From Phoronis australis (taxonomy: Eukaryota; Animalia; Phoronida), in NCBI GenBank assembly GCA_002633005.1, contig NMRA01000090.1:128156-192155 (forward strand): a stretch of 64,000 nucleotides of DNA. The letters run 5' to 3'. Numbering within the stretch: position 1 is the first letter of the stretch; the number at the start of each line of letters is the position of its first letter. The notes under the pieces were generated by a model. The model did no database searches. It was not told where the DNA came from and worked only from the letters and a program-made list of their open reading frames with translations. The position numbers and the translations under genes are program-made. This document shows positions 13,727 through 28,700 of this stretch, in pieces.

Positions 13727-16700
13727 CTGAAGCAAGAAGACAATACATTATCACAATACATTATCACAATACATTGAGTTTATTACATTGCAATTTGATA
13801 AGCAAGCAAGTCCTAACCACACCCACTCCTATATCACTTAGGTTATCACTCAAAATCTTTGAAATAACTTGTCAGTCCTAGTTTTATCAGTATTTACCAC
13901 AAGTAAAAACCAATATTAGTCATATTTAGCTGAATCACATCAATCCTTTCTCATGAAACTACATATGTTTTACTAATGTATTGTAATTTGCCATTTCATT
14001 ATTTTAGTAACAACGCTTACACACAGCATGTGGAATAAGCATATGCCTATCAGAGTGCGCATGCTATTTAAAGTGTCACTTAAGTGAAGACATATACAAA
14101 AGGAGAGCAAATAAATATTCCTAAATAAAAATATGACTGACCACTCATTTTCAATGTAAAAATGCCGGTGAAATAAAGAACAAAAATAATAATCAGGAAT
14201 TACCAATGCAGTAGGAAAATGGTCCGAGCCGATAAAGGGCTTAATTATTGACATTAAATAGTGAACTTCTATAGTTATGTACATAGTTGGCTACAAACAC
14301 GGACTTATCGATAAGGCCACACACAACTTTCGCAAATAAACATTGGCCAACACATATATCAACCTCATTTGTATTTTCAGGGGGAGGGTTGTGAAAAGTG
14401 TATGTTTTGTACACTCGTATAAATGGTAATAGTGAATCTTTGTGGACTTTGTCCGTTTTGACCAAGCTCTAATATAGCTGTTGGCAAGTAACCTCGCTAA
14501 CATCTAATTCCAAGCTTGAATTACCAAGCATGTTTAACGATTGCTTAAAAAGATTGAATAATACTGGTCGAACTTGATAAGTATACTCAATTTTTTAACA
14601 TAGTTGCCAGCAACCTTTAGTCACTCCAGTACAAAGCCAAAACAGAAAGAAAAATTTACCGTTGTTCCTGTAAAGTGGTGTTGATTTCACCTGCTCTGAC
14701 CTCTGATCTTGCCCTCTTTAGGTCCACTGACAGCTGTGTACTCAAGCGACTTCCTACTGAATGTGCATCTACCCGATATCGATTGGCCTTGTACAAAGAT
14801 CAGAATAACATTCTTTTATGCAACAACCAAAAACGATTCCTCTTAACTACTGAAGTAACACAGACTAAAACTTATGAATGTCCAAATATGAGTTCAAGGT
14901 TTATGATGAGGAGTACACAAATCAACCTAACTTAAATCAAACACTTTTCAACATAGAGAATTCCTAAGTGTATCAAAAACAGCAATGATATATTAAAGGG
15001 TGTCCATTTTTCCAAATATTTCCACTACAGTGAGCAACACTAGATTTAGGCCCATCCACCAAACAATTAAGCTACGCCTATATTCAGAATAAGGGGCATG
15101 TGCCTACATGTGAAACACTTAAAGATATCTCAAACCTTATTCCCAAAAATTAGCTGTTTTTTACAGTATTTCACAGATTTGTAGCAAATACCTTATTTTC
15201 ATTCTCGAGACTTCAACTACGACACATATACCATGTAGTGAGAAAAAAAAGAGTGGGCAGAATCATCTTCAACCACGTGGAAATTTATTTACTACTTATT
15301 CGGGGTTAAAGGTTACAGGGCTGTCATTAGAACCGAATCTCCTGCCAGGTATGAAGCAGTTCCGTATGTACCCTAAGTCCTTTCATAACAATGAATCGCC
15401 ATAATAGTGCGTCAACAATTTGTACGTAGAATAGAAAGATGCTGCAAAAAGGAAGATTTTGAGGTAAATTGTGAAGTTTTCACTCAAATAAGGTTTTATC
15501 AATACTAAAGTCATAGAAACTCATCATTGCTAAGAACTTCTAATGAGGAAACAATGAGATTTTAATAAAAAAATACCAGTTTAGTCACCAACCTGTTTCT
15601 CAGCATGATTCATCTGCCAACCCATCACGTGACTAGTTAGCTCCTCTCGGTAATAGTTAGCCAATGAGGGTGGTAGTTGTATGCAGGGTTGCTTTTGAGA
15701 GACAGCTCCCAGGCTGGTGGAGACCACACCCTGTGAGCTATTTTGGCTTGGTGTTGGACTACTTCTATCGGGCCTAAGTCCAGAGAAGTGAAACTTAAAA
15801 GTGACCAAAGCACACACCATAAAGATGTCACAACAATATGTAATCAATAATAGTGTAGTAGCTTGACTAGTTGGAGTAAGAAGTAATTAATTGTGCTCTT
15901 AAGGTTTTTAACAAAAGAATGTTGGTGGAAATTACATGTTGGTAGAGGAAGGCTACTGAACTGCAAATCAAGGAGTTCGCAAGCATCTTCAATGGACAAG
16001 ACAGATACCTTGGTGTCCTTAACAATTTTCTTCCAACTTTCAGCAAGTGCCTTCACCCATGAACAGTCAAAAATTTCCTTTTAAAGCCATGCAGTCACAA
16101 TTGTTACAAACATTGTCCAACCAATGCCAAAGTTCTATCCAAAATTTCAAGTATCTCTCCACTACCACAGGCAGACAACAGAAAGTCAAGGTGCATGTAT
16201 TTCGTTGGTCACGGTACTACCTCACACGGGACAGCCAATAACAAGCCAGCTGCTAATTAGTATTCTATGTGTGGTGTTATCATTCACCAGTCTTATTTCA
16301 GTCTTCAAAATAGTGTTTTTTTTAACACTAAAGTTTCCAATATCTTAGACAGTACTCTTCATAAAAAGCACTCCCGACAGAACTACACTGCCAAAAGCAT
16401 TACGCCAATAACAAGCCGGGCGCTATTTATTATTCTATGTGTGGTGTCATCATTCACCAGTCTTATTTTAGTCTTCAAAACAGTGGTTTCTAACACTTAA
16501 GTATCCAATATCTTAGGCAGTACTCTTCATAAAAAGTATTTCCGACAGAAGAACTACACTGCCAAAAGCACTACGCTTTGAATATGTTTGAAATTGTGGT
16601 CTATCCTGAACTCAAAACAGTTACGAAGGATGACATACCTTGAAGACCTAGCACTGTGCTCAGAGGCTGGGCTACTGTGTCCAGGTGGTTCATCATCTAC

Positions 16701-19700
16701 AGACTGTTGTGACCTGTAGGTGTGCCCTGCACTGGTCGGCGTTGATACTGCCCGTTGGGGTGTGGTCTGACCCTGGGCTGGAGCTACGTATGGTCTCTCT
16801 GACGTCAAAGGTGTAGTGTTGCCTTTCTGACTGCCACTGTCATGTTGAGGTGACGACTGGCTGTAAGGTGACTGTTGATGGGTGAGAGGCGTGGCACTCT
16901 GGCTTTGATTCGCACAGGATACTCTCGGCGACTGGGCGGAACCAGCTAGATGGAGTGAGCAACAGAGGCTAGGCAATTACCAACACACATTTGCAGGAAA
17001 ATTTTAAGTGAAGCGTAAACATTTCCATGCTGTATGAACAGTCAAATTCAGTGTCACTGCGATTATTGGCAGGTGTCACCATCAATGTCATGTGTTGTGG
17101 TTTTATTTGACATTTTTTAAACCTTCACCACCAAAATATATTGGCACTTTATGTTATTAGTTATCCAACCACAAATATGATACATCAAAATTCAAAAAAT
17201 ACATCCACACAAGGCTTTTAGATTGCCATCCTCTGAAATCTTCAATGAGTTGCATGTCAAACTGCGATAACTTCAGTGTCCACTAACCACATAAGCCAGT
17301 CTGAATTGTTTAACTTTGCAGTTAATACTGACACTCCTTGAGTAATGAATTTGGTACGAAAGCCCCAATGTCACCCTTAATCACTGGCAAATGGTTATAC
17401 TAGAAGCATCCAGAAATGTACTCACCATTTTGTATAGACACCTTTCTACTGCTAATAGCCTGCTGAAGTTGCTGGAGAGTTTGTAATGCTGCAAACAACA
17501 AAAATGTATGAACAAATCAAAAACAACGTTGGAGTGCAACTAAATAATATATAGCATTGCATACAGTGCCCACCTCTAATGAAGATATAGTTGAGACTCC
17601 CAATTGAATGAAACCAGCATAAAATTGTAGAAATTTTCTGAAGGATACCTCAAACCTTATTCATAAAAATTGGTCATTTTTACAATATTCACATGTCTAG
17701 CAAAATACCTTATCTTCTTTATTCTTGGGAACTTCACATACAAAATATACACCGCATAGCATGAGAAAAATAAGCAGAATCACTTTGGAAAACACAACCA
17801 CATAAAAATTTGTTGTCAAATGTTACAGGGCTGTCAATAAAATCGAATCTCCCAGCAGTTTCGTATGTACTCTCAGTCTGACCCAGGTAACACAAGGCTC
17901 AGGAAACCCCACGACCGTCTTCAAGGATAGCAGAAGGTATTGGGTCCAAGTTCCCGTCGGGGGCAGAAATGTTTGTTGACTTATGTTCAATAGGTCACAT
18001 AATACGTGATGTGGCTAATAAGTGGTGTGCAGAGCAGACTTAAAATGTTTGTGATCTACATTTCCAAACTGGCTTAAGATTTACATAGATATTGCGAGTG
18101 AATGCTAAATTAGCGAATATGGTGTGGTAAAGGATTATTCGCACTGTCCACAGTAACTATTCTCTCTTCTTTAAAAGCATGGCACATACATGTAATTAGA
18201 TGACGATAGTCTTCGAACCTTTAAGCACGAGACCGTCAAGACGGTAGTTGTGATCAACAGCAAACCACCCACTGTTGAAAATGTGTCTGATGTAACAGTT
18301 CCTCTACCGATTACCCCCNCCCCCCCCCCCCCGCCATCATCTGCTAACAGGTAAGACTTCAGTCATAGTCTCTCCTCCAGGACTATTTCAGAAAGAGGAT
18401 GTTTACACGCTACCAGTTCATCTCAAAATCGAAACATTGTTTCATAAACAATGTATTTCTGTTAAAGCTAGAAAATAATACAAATTGCTTACCTTGCTCC
18501 TGGAGTTTTTTACTATCAATGTTTTGCAAGAGCGACTGGTCTCCTAGTCTGGTCAGTACTGACGATAAGTTGCCGAGGGTGACGCCCGCACTGTTGCCCG
18601 GGAGACTGGCTAGACTTGTTGCTGTGGACACCGCTACGTGCGATGGATAATTAGTTACACTAGAGGATACAGTATTGGACAACTGCACACTGGTGGGAGG
18701 TGCAGTGTCCTGTAGAGGAGGGGTGCTGTCTGGCGAAATGTCCATGTCCACACTTCCACGAATATCTGCATCAGAATACAGAAATTGTGAACTAAAGTGA
18801 ACAGAATTAATAATACCCCCTTTACTTTTCTGAGTGATATATACAGGCACATTAATGACCACTGGTCCAACGGGATAGACCCATGTGGCCATGTGGATAC
18901 AAATGAATAAACTTCACCTTTGATGTTGGTGGAATAAGCACCCAGTTTTATAAATGAAATAACCTTTTGTAGACTGTGCAATACTTACATATAAATCTTT
19001 CTTAAAACTTTTGTCTGTCAAAGTATAATGGTAAAACAAATGCATTTGCCAATCATTTTTCTTCACAATAAAGCCAGATATCTGGCAAAGATATAAACTT
19101 GGCCTTATTATAAGTGTCTGACGGTAACTGCAAGGTCAATAAAAACAAGGAAAAACATGACGTACATCCACAGTAGTATTATTTGGGCATTTCCGTGAAA
19201 AGGTCAACCTCGACACAAAAAATTAAAATTGTGGCTACACTAACATTTCTGGTCCCATCTGAAAGCCAATTCTTTCTAGTTTCAAGACCCATATTTGATT
19301 GTCCTATAACTTTCAATTTTTTGCTTAAATGGACCCCTTTTTGGGGGTCGCTTGACCCTAAAAAATTAACTCGATTTTAATGGGTGTTGCTAATTATTGT
19401 CATAAAAAAGCTAATTATGCGGTTTTCACTATACTTATTACTATCAATTTTGTGCAATCACATGAACCCCAAACTTTATAAAAATAACATTTCATCTTTG
19501 GCACATTATTGACCTCTTGGGGTCAAAGGTCAACTCCTGGATATCATGGTGCCGTATGTCCATCACAATAAAGTGTTAAAAAGTTTAGTTGTGTTAAAAG
19601 TTTTTAATCAAAATTAAAATAATTTCAGATCCTCTTTTAACTTGTCACTCAACTCTATTGACCACAATTTTGGATCCCAGGGATTATTCGTTTAGTCAGA

Positions 19701-22700
19701 AATTGTGTGACAGACGTACAGCAAATTTGTACGTCTGTCACGTACATCTGTCACACCCATGTAATTGCAATTTTTCAGCCAATAAAAATAATCTTAGGTC
19801 ATACTTTTACTTTCTAAACTAGCATGATAAAATGTATCTCACACCTAAGAACCTTAAAACGATAAAATATTACAAAGGCATCCTCGAAATTAAGTGAAGA
19901 AGTTGTTGCGGATTATAACTAAATGCATTGATTTTTTTCATTTTCAAAAGTACTTGCAGAAAAGTTATAGTTAACAATGTCATCTAGCTATTCTTAGTAG
20001 AATTCAACTTATTAAAATCTAACAGTTGTACCACATTATAACGTAGAAAATAAATCTGAAACTAAATAAGGCGATCCAGATCCTCCCAAGGATACTATTG
20101 TTTCACGAAATGTAGAATATGAATAGGTAAATAAAACAGCAAGAATGTAAGTAAAACAAAATGTTAATTTAATGAACATATTGTTTTTCTGGTGGTACCC
20201 CATGTTAGTAAAGAAATGCTTAGCTTTTAGGAATTTCAAGATGCAAAAATATTCATACAAACGAAATCCTAAGGTGCTCTAGAGTATAGCAAACAACAAG
20301 AGACCTAAAGGAACTCATCAGTCATGCCAAGTTGCTATTGCACTGGAATCTAGATGTTATTTCTGCTCCGATCTGCTATGCTGTGTTTTGTGTTGAAAAA
20401 GCCAATACCGGAAATTTTCAGGAATCTGTCACCTACTTTATTGAGCATTTTTGTCACACCCTCACTGGCTGTAGGCACTCTTTCTGTGTTTTTCAGTGTA
20501 TTGGGTCATTGGGTGGCTTGTATGAAATTATTTCATAGCAAATTATTGTATTGTCTCATCTTACATATTTTGAATCCTTCAATCTTTTTAAGAATTAGTC
20601 AACTAAATTTTTTTCTGCTGAGCTTCGAGGAGATTAAACCGCATTTAGAAAGGATAGAGCAAATTGTTGGAGACTACGGGAAGAACAGACACAACTGTGA
20701 GAAGAATGAATATCTGCTTGAATATTTTCTGAAACTCAAAAAAATGCCATCGTGGATCAAGAAATTCATAATTGTACTTGCGTGTACTGTGATGTGGCAA
20801 TATTTAAGGCCTCTAGTTAAATTTGAAATGAAAGCGCTCCGAGGAGTGAAACTTGGCGAAATTAACAGATAAGATGAAGACAGAGATTATGACGAAGATG
20901 ATGGACAATACAAGTAATGATAACATTCATATGACAAATGCAGCTGTCAGAAATCAGTAAGAAATAGACTACAGTCTTGAGCGACACTTGGCAAACTGAA
21001 AAGACGTCGACGGAGATGATGACGAAAATGACGAATATGATGATGGTGGTGGCGATGATGAACAACATCATAACATTCATACGATGAACTTAGATGTCAT
21101 AAATCAGTAAGAAATAAGCTACAGTTCAAAAGAAGCTAAACCAACATCAAGGCAGTAAGAGTGCTCAACAAAGGAACAATGCTATCAGAAAATCTCGAAT
21201 AATCCGAAAAGTAGACGTCCTAGCGAAAAATGGAAAACATCTTCTGAAAGAACATACAGGAAGGAAAAACAAAAGGGGTGAGAGCAAGAGGTAGACAACG
21301 CTGAATGTGGCTGGACGACATCAAAGACTGGAGGAATCTATCACTGGAAGAATGTATCAGAAAGGCAAAGAGCAGAACAGAATGGCGGGTCATTTCAAGT
21401 CGACCTCTAAGGAGATGACACCACGTGAATAAAGGAATACAACACCACTTGTTGATTGCAACTAAGTAAGTTTCCCTGGCCAAATCTTCAGAAAACATCT
21501 ATAATAGTGTAATGTCTTCTACCCCCACATTCCACACAGGTGCTCTTGAGTTTCAGGTAGAGGTCCTCCTGGTTCCAGGCCACCTGTTTGGAATTTGCTA
21601 CCAAATGGTATCAAGTGTGCCAAGACCCATATTTTTGGTAGGATGCTTGCAAACTGGCATGGGTCTGTGCAGATCAGCATTTTCGTTTACCAATACTTTA
21701 CCAGACCTTTATAAGTCAGAGAATGCTTTATCTGTGCCGGCGCAATATTTGATTGAAACTAATCGGTAAACAAAAACCAATTAAATGTTGCAAATTTTGA
21801 GCATTTGGTTCTCTTAAAACAATTGAGAGTAAACCACACCCTGGAAATTGAACGTCGGCATTTTAGACACGAGATAGTGGAGTTCGATTGTACAACGGCA
21901 GGACATTCGTTTAAATGTTTCACTATTTGTTCGTTATAAAAAGCTTCAGCAAAATCCATCCAACAGCATGTGTTTAGGCAATCTCGCAACCAGCACCAGC
22001 TATGCTATAGCAGACAAGTATTTTAACAACCAACATGTGGCACTGTATGATGTCCCCATTTTTGTTCAGTGAATATCTAATTGAATATATAAGCGTTCAT
22101 AAATGTTCATTTTTTCATTTAACTCTGATAGTTTTCAGCTACGTTTGCATAACTCGCATCCACCGTAACCAAGTTGACAAAACAGTAACAAGTGAACGAA
22201 TTAACTATGACCTCCCGAGGGCTCTCGTTTTAATGTGTACCACCCGAATCAGGTGAAACGTTCTTGCCTCAATTTCCACACGAGAAAGTCAACTTGGGAG
22301 TTAAATGACAAGCGAATTTCTTCAAGGACTGGAATTTAGTCAACCAGCCGGTGCTCCACACTGGTATTTTAAAAACCCAGCAGAATGACTGCAGATGATC
22401 GATGTGTGAATCCTGAGCACGTAAGTTCACTGTTAACACCTGTTTTATTGCTTTGAAGGATTTGAGTGCTTAAATAAATTTGAATATCAAATTTATTTTA
22501 TTTATATTGTTGATGAAAAAGTTCTCCTGAGTTTATTTTTGTTACATAGTTTTCAAAAATTGACGATATTGAATTTTTAAAACAAGGTCATCATTAAAGG
22601 CAGACCTTTCTCACTAACATTATTTTCTTGAAAACTGCAACCATGACTTGTGAACAATTTGGTTTTTGCCTACCACTCAAGACGTCGTACCTGTCTTCGT

Positions 22701-25700
22701 AGTATTTAGTGAATTAGCACATAACCCAATTAGGTGAACATCTCAGGCAAACTTACATTTCAATAAAATAAAGTATGGACAAGAAAATATCAATGTTGTG
22801 CACCATTCACAAGTCTGCCAAAATGAAAACTCACCTCTGTTCTCATTTTCTCTGCTGTTCTCATCCTTAGCGTCACTGGTGCTTCTAGTATATCTGTCTG
22901 CATTCCAGAGTGCATCATTCCGCCTCTCCTGCGAAATGCTATTATAGTTTGTGACGGGTTTAAGTGCCGTCTGACTCAACTTTTGAGTGTCCACAGGTGC
23001 AGCATCATGACTCTTGTGCCTGTCACGCCTATCACCTTGTCTGGAGTCCCTTCGACTTGGGGACGACTCCCGCGAACGCTGTCTCTTGTCTGAGTGACGA
23101 CGCGAGGAATGTCGAGCACCACCTGCAAGATGTGACACATGAAATTTATTAGACATGTGCACAACAGGGGAATCTTAGGCCATAGGTTTTAACAAAAACA
23201 TCAATGTGTTGAATGCATGTTGAACCTCCTGTTCATTCTTTAAGGCAGTTTCCATGGAAAGACGAAAAAAATGTCATGATCTCCACCAAACTTTCAGAAT
23301 ATCGAGGTGACTATATATCATGGAATCCTGTTGATTTCTGGTGAAATTGGCACTCATTTTTGTTGTGAAATATATTAAGCCTGGTGTCACTTTTAACCTT
23401 TTGGGCTTTGCTCAATGATAAACATGCAGTAATTACCATATTCTATGTAGGGACACCTCATTACCATGTTCCAAATAAGAATGTCTAAATGAGATGTTGC
23501 CCCAACTCTGATTGGACTACTAAAAACCTTATTGTTAGCATTCCATACTTAGAGCAAGAAAATGCTACACCCTCAAAAACGATTACATCCTGATCCAATC
23601 TACCCAGTCTGATGTCATTAAAGCGGTAAATGCCCCCCCCCCACCCCCGAGAAAGGCAAATGACAAGCCATAGAAACATTTTGTAACTGCAGGCTCTGAT
23701 AGGTATGTGACACAGGAAACATCTTATTTCTCAGGGGTGAACCCACATGTTTTGAGTGAAATCCTTTCCAGTTTAGCATTCCACAAAAATCACCAGTTTC
23801 AAATTTTTGTTAGAAAGTCAAATTTATTTAAACCAGGAAGGCATTACCAATAGTAACTTAGCAACATCTATTGGCCGTGTCAACCATATCAATTTCTAAT
23901 CAAATCCATTTGATTTGACTATAAATAAATGTACCAAGCCAAACCATAAAACAATTCTAAGGTATCAAAAAGCAAAGCAAAAGCAACAACTTAAAGAATC
24001 AAGGACATTGTAAAATATACAAGTATATATATTCTTGGTCCTCAAAGTGGTGAATAATGTGTTCAGAAGACTACTCACCAGAGCTAGATGAGTTTGAGTG
24101 TCGGTCACGGTCCCTGTCTTTCCTGGACTTGGAGGGCCTGTTGAAGTAAAGCATGTATATTATACTACAAAGACCTGTTATCACCAAGTTAAAAGAGAAC
24201 TGACCACAAAGACCATTCTTGAATAATTAGTGACTCTGCATGCTGCTCTCGTTGGGAGCCAGAGTGTTGAAACCAACACTTTCATATCAAGAAGACAAAA
24301 AAATAGAAAAAACACCAGTCACCAGCTGTCAGATTAGAACACCCATAAACACTATTTGACGATATGCGTATTAACTGATCTTGAGGTTTTTGCGGTTGTG
24401 ACAACTCAGTATTTGAGCACGTTGTGGCCCTTTTAACTTTACTGTGAGAAGTATGGCACAAGTGTGTTGCTGGATATGACACACTGGCACTGGGTACAAC
24501 CATACTTCAGTTGTGTTGCCTTCTATTTTCTCGGTTTCTGGATATTGAATTCACAGGTGTGATATGCCGTGCCATGAAGACGTGACATGTAGAACAAGCA
24601 ATAATAATGCAGGTCTCTTTGGTCACAGGTTGAGGATATAATTATAACAAGTAAATGCAGAGTAGACATCTTCCTTTACAATACATTAGGCATTCTCCTA
24701 TTTTTGTGGTATTGCAGATTTGTCCAAACAGGTGTCAACTAAGTCCTTAAACAAGGTGGAAGTTGTATGAAAAAGTACCTCTTCTTCAGTAATAACAAGA
24801 ATTTAACAAAAAGTTTACTCTCAGTATGTATCAGAGTCAAAACTTGATGTAGCAATGGAGACAAAATAGCAGAGGTAGTGATAATCAGTGTTTGCACAAA
24901 GTCCACAAATTTACGGAACATAATTGTGTCCTTATTAGGACTATTTCTGGCAACAGGCTACTCATAGCTATCCAGAGATAACAGTATAAGCAAGCAAATA
25001 TGTGCATAACGACAATATACAGTTCTAAGATTCAAGTAACAAGGCCAGAAATAAGTGGGCAGCATCACAAAAGCTTATGTGATTACTCACGTGTCCAATG
25101 TCCACTCCTTAGGCTTCTCCCACTTGGACACCTCTGTCTTACAGTTGTAGTAGTAACGTTTACCTGAACCACTTATGTGCTCTGACCAGTCACCACACAC
25201 TCTCAATGCAGTCTTCTGTACCTGATGAGCAAGAATAGCAAAAATCGAATTATACTTAATACATGGTGAATATTGACATTATTTCAACATAGACAAAAAA
25301 GATACTAGAACACATTAGCTTAAGTACCTCCTAATATCATTGGCTTCAGACACGATATAATCTCAGAAAGGAGAAAATTGTTTGATTTAGAACTAACAAA
25401 CTTGACCAAGGTCTTTCAGTAGTTGCCTCATGAATGTTTTTTTATTGTTTTGAGCACTGTACTATGCTAAACACGTTGTTACTGCACATGCCCACCGTTC
25501 GAGCCTGATGAATGATGCACAACATACTGAGATGGTGAACTGTTGAAGATCCCCAATAACAGTACTGTAACCATACTCAGGGTGCAGTGGGTGTTCCCCT
25601 TTCGAACAAGGATGCTGAAATATCCTTGAAAAGGTGAGCCATATTTAGCCATGCTCAAAAAGGTCTGACCTAAGTCCAAAAAGCATGATTGATGTTTACA

Positions 25701-28700
25701 TAGAAAGAGCTTATTCTAATTTCCAAAATTTAATTTCACAGAGTACTTATTCATATTTTTGCCTAAAAAATAACAGTGAAAATAATGTGCACTAAAGTTG
25801 TTTCAATGAATCAGGATAAAGATCAGGGCTCGATTTGGAGACCTGCAGTTTGCCAGTACGACCTCAGATTTTTTGGAAACCTGATAATAATCCCAAGTTG
25901 CCACGAAGTCGCCGAACTTTTGCGAGTTACAACCAAGAAAGAAGTCAAAACAGTAAGAACTTCCCCAAATATAATACCCTTGGTTAACAATTGTTCTATT
26001 CAGTTTGTGGAACGAGTACATCTGCCATTCTCAGCACAAATTCGAGCACACGTTCAAAAATGAACAGGAAGCCAACAACCAACAGCTGTGAGTTGGGAGT
26101 AGTGTGGCAAAACCATCAGGGCACAACCACGACACATGAACAAACAACATGTTATGATCGACTGATTTGCTTCTCCCTTAATGAGAAATCCACCATTGGT
26201 CATCATCCCGCACACCTTTTATTCTTATTTTTCCACTTGGTGATGCGCTTAGGCTTAGTTCCAGATATACTGCCTTTTCAATTCAGAAGCCAAGTATTTT
26301 TATTCAAATGTTTGTGGAGGCCAGGACTTTCGTACCGCCGCATATTATGGAATGTCGTCGTTTTGGTGAGCTTATTTCCCATTTGGCTTCCTGGGAATTT
26401 TCCCAGGTCCCAATTGGTGAGCTGATTTTATGTTAATCATCACGCCCTTAACACAGGTACATTAAAAAATGACACGAGATTTGAGCCATGTTTGTATTCT
26501 TGCCCAGCACCTATTATATAAAATGCATAGTTCACACGAACTCCGACCCCCCTCTCCACTACCGACCTTTGTTGCGCCCGTTTCAGCACTGCCTTCATCC
26601 CAGGTAGTGCACCAGGCCTCTATTTAGATTTGAGGTGTTCTATTTTTCTCTCACGGGCCATTCTTTAGCGGACGCAGAGGAAGGGTGGCCAGTTTCATAC
26701 TGGCCATACTGACGTCAATTTCAGTGTCACAATTTCAAGATGACAATAGTCTACATACAGCTAGCTGACTTTCTACCTTAGAACGTACGTTTATAATGCG
26801 ACTTTTGTAAATACACTATATACTTTATGTACGATGGCAGTATTTTTAAATGCTTCCTTAGTTTTCAGTCTAAAAAATAGCTGATTACTGTACACTATGT
26901 TACAGCAGGGTTAAATGTTCGTTCACTTGAAGATGTAGCTATTTCCCCTCGACATTTCCTATATACTAGCTGCTACTCGTGCTTAAGCAGAGTTGCATAT
27001 ATATATGGAGTCCTGGGAGTGATGTGCAATAACCCCTACATGTGAGCAGAAGGGCACACAAACTTAAACACACTAACACGGTAATAACACTTAAATGATA
27101 GGAATGACAGACCTCATTTCTCTGTTCCTGTTCCTTTTCTCTCGACTGACTACCATTGGAGGAATCCCGTACACTGTTGTCACGGTAGCAGTCACCATCA
27201 TGAGCTGACTTGTCCCCATTTTTACTGCTATTAATATCGTTCTTACTGCTACGGTAGCCAGATGGTGATATTCGGGATCCTAGAAAACGAAAGTAAAACA
27301 TTATTTTGCCAAGAAAGGAAACAGAATGTTACTTTGAACTAGTCTCATACAGTGCAATAAACCATTCACACTAGTCTAAAACAGTTTCTCACTCATACAT
27401 TTAATTTGTACTCGCTGCTGCCAATGCTTTGAAGGTTGTACTGGTTAGAAAATCGGATACAACGAACTAAGTAGCTAAAGCAAACATTATATATGAAAAC
27501 AGGATAACAAGGAATCATTACTCCTGCTGTAGCGTAATTCTTAAGTTTATCGAACTGCCAGGAATTAAGAGTTTCTTATTTTTGGAGTAATTCGAGGCAA
27601 CAATACTGTGGTAAAAATTTTAATGGAGAGGAAAGGGGGATGACAATTTAAGACAAGTAAATTTTGTATCTACTCGTCTAACAGGACAAGATGTTTTACC
27701 TTGCACAATCATCAAGCAGTTCATAATCACACCAAGTTACCAACACCCAACTCATTGGCTGGAAAGCTATTCAAGAACACTGCACCTAACTTTCATCAAT
27801 GTGTAACGCTTGCATTAAACAGAAACAGCCAATCTCTTAATACCAGCTCATCTCAGTGTACCCATTTGAAGGCAAGTAAAAATTTCCCTTTTGTGCAGTT
27901 GGTAATACAATAAGTGTTCACTCCTGTCAATGTAGACGTACACAGTGATGTACGCCCAATAAAAAGTTGCTTTGTGTTTTGAATTTCTATTGTGGAGAAC
28001 ACTACAAACATGGTAATTCTTCACTTAAGTCGCACAACAGTAACTGCTATTATTCCATTTTCCAAAGGCTGGTTACCTTGAGCAAATATTATACCCGTTA
28101 GTGAATGATGTTTTTTGACATCTACACACTGAAACACAAGTTCACAATTTTTTCGAGAATTTGACAACATGAAATTCACTTGCCCAGTGTTGTGTGCTAC
28201 ATAGGGGAAGAATTACATTATTGCAGTAACACTCATTATAACATTGTTCTTTGAATCTTTTTTGACACATGTATAATGTCTGTCTAACAATGAACAACCA
28301 TATGTAACTTGGTGCCAGTCAATGCAGATTGTTGTAATCCCACTTACTTTGCCACCTCAAGGTGGTACCGCCCAAAATGTTTGAATAATTGCTTCCACTT
28401 GCAGTAAAACTGTAGTCAAGTCCAGTAGTTTAAATAGTGAAGCATGACCATCTGCAGGTTTCACTGGGGTACCTTCTTATGAAGAAGTGATGTCATCTCC
28501 TTAGTAGAAGGATGTTTTGTGATTGAAGAGACCAGAACCTACCCTTGTCATATCTCTCCTTATTTCTATCAATATAGGAAAGTTTGTTGCTGTATCTAAT
28601 TGGCCTGGAGGGACTGGGGTCCCTGCTGTGTCTGTAGTCAGGAGATGACCGCTGTCTATCATTCCGCCCCTTTTCACCGCCATAGCTTGATACTCCCTTC

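Noticed and set aside
18314-18332. Poly-C run containing an N (possible G-quadruplex on the WAC sense strand)
   Set aside because: Homopolymer with an ambiguous base, so its length is unreliable
20354-20872. 172-aa ORF inside WAC intron 7
   Set aside because: Antisense and intronic, no domain signature, and it runs into a family B repeat
25776-26425. ORFs next to the hammerhead-like motif as a Penelope RT/GIY-YIG remnant
   Set aside because: No RT or GIY-YIG motif found in the frames I read
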